This document shows positions 61,090 through 64,000 of a stretch of 64,000 bases of DNA, one piece after another. This DNA is from Nitrosopumilus sp. Lineage in GTDB: Archaea > Thermoproteota > Nitrososphaeria > Nitrososphaerales > Nitrosopumilaceae. The translations under genes and the position numbers were made by a program. Positions within the stretch are counted from its first letter, which is position 1; every line of letters starts with the position of its first letter. A model generated the notes under the pieces. That model saw only the letters and a program-made list of their open reading frames with translations. It had not been told where the DNA came from and ran no database searches. The stretch spans positions 1,984,001 through 2,048,000 of the forward strand of contig OZ242041.1 of the NCBI GenBank assembly GCA_965205215.1, given 5' to 3'.

Positions 61090-62491
61090 CCCTGCCCCGC
61101 ACCATCCTGCCCACGCCGGATATTATCCGGGAAGACGCGCCCAGGTGCCTTGCGGGGTCGAATATGCGGTCCACCTCCCGCGGATCCAGTATGGCTGAAG
61201 TCGTTTTGTCCATCTTTATGGCCTCGTCGTACGGCGTGCCGGTCCGGCTTGCCTCAAACGCGACCCTCTGCACGGCCTCGTACGCCGTGATCCGCGGCAC
61301 TCCCTTCCTAATCATGGCCTCCAGCACAAACTCTGCAAATATCTGGCCCCCCGTGGCGCCAAGGTTGCCGCGTATACGGCCGGTGTCGACGCTCAGGTTC
61401 TGCACCACCCGCAGCATCGTGCGCAGCATCTCGTCGGCGAGGATGGATACGGTAGGTATGACAAACCGCTCGTTTGCCGAGTTTGACAGGTCGCGCTCGT
61501 GCCACAGCGGTATGTTGTCCATGGATATGCCGATCTGCCCCTTGAGGATCCGGGCAAGGGACGTTATGCGCTCGCTCTTTATCGGGTTGCGCTTGACTGG
61601 GACGGCGCTGCTTCCCATCTGGCCCTTCCTGAAGGACTCGGCCACTTCGCCTATCTCCGTCCTCTGGAGGTTTCTGATCTCGACTGCAATCTTCTCAAGC
61701 GTCGCGCCGATCAGCGCCGCGCCGAACACGTACTCGGCGTACCTCTCCCTCGGCACGATCTGGGTCGCCACCATAATCGGGTGCAGTCCGAGCGTGCGGG
61801 CCACCCTCCTCTGCACGTCGGGCGCCCTCCTTCCCATCAGGGAGCCGGTTCCAACCACCCCCAGCGTCTTGCATACCAGTATCCTTTCTTTCATCTCGTT
61901 CATCCTGTCCATGTGGGCCGCCATCTCGGCCGCCCAGTTTGCAAACTTTAGCCCGAACGACACTATGCTTGCATGCTGCCCGTGGGTCCTGCCGACTGCC
62001 GGGACATCGGCGTACCTTGCCGCCATGTCCGCCAGCACGGATGCCAGCTTGGCGGCCTTGGGATACATGATGTTCATGGCATCGCGCATCAGCATCGAGT
62101 TGCTGGTGTCGACCAGATCGTTGCTTGTAAGCCCGTAGTGAATCCAGGGCCTGGCGTGCTCGGGGCATATCCGGCCCAGCGCCTCCACCAGCGCGGCCGT
62201 GTCGTGGTCGCGCTTTGCCTCCAGCGCGGCCACGCGCCTTGCGGGTACGGCCCCGGGCCTGGCGGCCCTCCTGATTGCCGAGGCCGCCCTCCTCGGTATC
62301 ATGCCGATCTCGCCCTGCGCCGAGGCGACCGCGGCCTCTATCAGCACCTGGCAGTCTATCTTGTTCTGGCCCCCAAACACGGCCTTCATCTCGTCGGTGC
62401 CGTACCGTCCGTCGTCGATCGGGAGGATGGCCATCGCGTCGCGTATCATGCGTTTCAAAATAAATCCTTTCTTGGCGACATTTTGTGACAT
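61067..62491 (-). CDS. purB: Adenylosuccinate lyase
   Basis: HYGLTSND, GRTHGQHA, GSSAVPVKRNP; true start probably the internal MAILPID. Confidence 0.95.
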   Translation of the reverse strand: MSQNVAKKGFILKRMIRDAMAILPIDDGRYGTDEMKAVFGGQNKIDCQVLIEAAVASAQGEIGMIPRRAASAIRRAARPGAVPARRVAALEAKRDHDTAALVEALGRICPEHARPWIHYGLTSNDLVDTSNSMLMRDAMNIMYPKAAKLASVLADMAARYADVPAVGRTHGQHASIVSFGLKFANWAAEMAAHMDRMNEMKERILVCKTLGVVGTGSLMGRRAPDVQRRVARTLGLHPIMVATQIVPRERYAEYVFGAALIGATLEKIAVEIRNLQRTEIGEVAESFRKGQMGSSAVPVKRNPIKSERITSLARILKGQIGISMDNIPLWHERDLSNSANERFVIPTVSILADEMLRTMLRVVQNLSVDTGRIRGNLGATGGQIFAEFVLEAMIRKGVPRITAYEAVQRVAFEASRTGTPYDEAIKMDKTTSAILDPREVDRIFDPARHLGASSRIISGVGRMVRGRVRRRASF

Positions 62492-62670
62492 GCGGGGCCC
62501 GGGATGACCGGCAGTCCTCCCGAATGGGCGCGCATAGCCGTGCCGGTAGCGCGCCGAGCGGCCCTGCGGTGGATGGAAGGGGAGAAGTTGGAAGCAGGAA
62601 CGAGGCGCCTGCAGGGCCGGCCGGATGCCGACCTTAGGATTTAAAATGCCATTGCCCGTTTTGCAGGTAA

Positions 62671-64000
62671 ATGCCAGACCACACAGTACGGCCGGTACGG
62701 GCCGGAAAGAACCAGTACGTCATAGAGCCCGACGAGTCGTCCGGCCGTATCGCGCCCGTCCGCATATACGCCGACGACGCGCTGCTTGACAAAATGATGA
62801 CCGACCGCACCATAAGGCAGGCCTGCAACGTGGCGTCCATACCAGGCATAGTGGGGCACGGGGTGGTACTGCCCGACGGGCACGAGGGGTACGGGTTCCC
62901 GGTCGGCGGCGTGGCGGCCATGGACGCCGACGAGGGCATGATCAGCCCCGGCGGCGTCGGATACGACATCAACTGCGGCGTCAGGCTGCTGAGGACGGAC
63001 CTTGACGAGGCGCAGATGCGCCCGCGCATAAAGGACGTAATATCGGACCTGTTTGGCGCCATCCCCTCCGGCGTCGGCTCAAAGGGCGCCGTCCGGCTCA
63101 GAAGGTCGGAGCTTGACGAGGTGATGGTAAGGGGGGTGGACTGGGCAGTGGAGAACGGGTACGGCTCCGCGGACGACGCGGACTCCTGCGAGGAGTCCGG
63201 GCGCATCGGCGGCGCCGATCCCGGCGCGGTCTCCGAGAAGGCAAAGAGCAGGGGCGCCCCCCAGCTTGGCAGCCTGGGCTCCGGAAACCACTTTCTGGAG
63301 ATCCAGAAGGTGGCGGAGATACACGACGAGGTTGCGGCCGAGCGGATGGGGATCAGGCTGGGCGCCATAACCATACTGATCCACTGCGGGTCCCGCGGGT
63401 TCGGGCACCAGATATGCAGCGACTACCTGAGGGTGTCGGAGCGGTGCATGCCAAAGTACGGCATCACCCTGCCGGACAGGGAGCTTGCGTGCGTCCCCAA
63501 CTCGTCGGAGGAGGGCGAGTCGTATCGCAGGGCGATGTTTGCCGCGCTCAACTTTGCGTGGAGCAACAGGCAGATGATAACCCACTGGACGCGCAAGTCG
63601 TTTGAGCGCGTCTTTTCGCGGTCCGAGACCGACCTGGGCATGCGGCTGGTGTACGACGTGGCCCACAACATCGCAAAGGTGGAGGAGCACGAGGTGGACG
63701 GCGAGAGGCGCAGGCTGGTGGTGCACCGCAAGGGGGCCACCAGGTCGTTCCCGGCCGACCGCAGCGAGGTTCCCTCCAGGTACAGGGACATCGGGCAGCC
63801 GGTGCTGGTGCCCGGCTCGATGGGCACCGCAAGCTGGATTCTCCTGGGGCAGCCAAACGCAATGAGCCTGAGCTTTGGATCCACGGCGCACGGCGCGGGG
63901 CGCATGATGTCTAGGTCCAAGGCGCGCCGCAACTATACGGAACAGCAGGTCAGGGCGTCGCTCAACAGCAGGGGCATATTCATAAAGTCACTCACGCGGG
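62671..64000 (+). CDS. rtcB: RNA ligase RtcB (runs off the window)
   Basis: PDGHEGYGFPVG, VGYDINCG, GSGNHF, HCGSRG, HRKGA, PGSMG, HGAGR; absent from the ORF track. Confidence 0.95.
   Translation, partial: MPDHTVRPVRAGKNQYVIEPDESSGRIAPVRIYADDALLDKMMTDRTIRQACNVASIPGIVGHGVVLPDGHEGYGFPVGGVAAMDADEGMISPGGVGYDINCGVRLLRTDLDEAQMRPRIKDVISDLFGAIPSGVGSKGAVRLRRSELDEVMVRGVDWAVENGYGSADDADSCEESGRIGGADPGAVSEKAKSRGAPQLGSLGSGNHFLEIQKVAEIHDEVAAERMGIRLGAITILIHCGSRGFGHQICSDYLRVSERCMPKYGITLPDRELACVPNSSEEGESYRRAMFAALNFAWSNRQMITHWTRKSFERVFSRSETDLGMRLVYDVAHNIAKVEEHEVDGERRRLVVHRKGATRSFPADRSEVPSRYRDIGQPVLVPGSMGTASWILLGQPNAMSLSFGSTAHGAGRMMSRSKARRNYTEQQVRASLNSRGIFIKSLTR

Noticed and set aside
304-63932. Numerous long antisense or alternate-frame ORFs (e.g. 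304-1242, 56403-58136, 60849-62138)
   Set aside because: Shadows of GC-rich real genes with no motifs of their own
62671-64000. RtcB as part of a toxin-repair module with RelE or Schlafen
   Set aside because: RtcB is the housekeeping archaeal tRNA-splicing ligase and sits in a core context

Overview
GC-rich archaeal window whose core genes and gene order fit Thaumarchaeota (Nitrosopumilaceae, possibly a Cenarchaeum-like symbiont; taxonomy is inference). (1) About 1-18.2 kb is an accessory island. It holds a VirB4-like ATPase with pilin-like and PrgI-like genes, a Schlafen/AlbA_2 gene, and two co-oriented tyrosine integrases each preceded by a near-identical 146-bp hairpin-rich leader. Cargo includes a methyltransferase plus a divergent SAH-hydrolase-cupin fusion, a HicBA-like pair, a 14-aa repeat protein and DprA. 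(2) About 19-45.6 kb is an N-glycosylation locus (AglB, epimerase, LpxA-like acyltransferase). A 4-gene block (GT4, DegT, DUF354, Gfo/Idh/MocA) occurs twice in direct orientation and brackets extra GTs, a sulfotransferase, a hydrolase, an IS630 and an ISH3. (3) About 45.6-64 kb is core genome (EVE, Lrp, aconitase, two-intron tRNA-Trp, pdxST, valS, QueD-like, PCD, purB, rtcB) with two inserted toxin-antitoxin pairs. A recurring theme is cargo flanked by diverged direct duplications. All calls are by eye from motifs; no searches were run.
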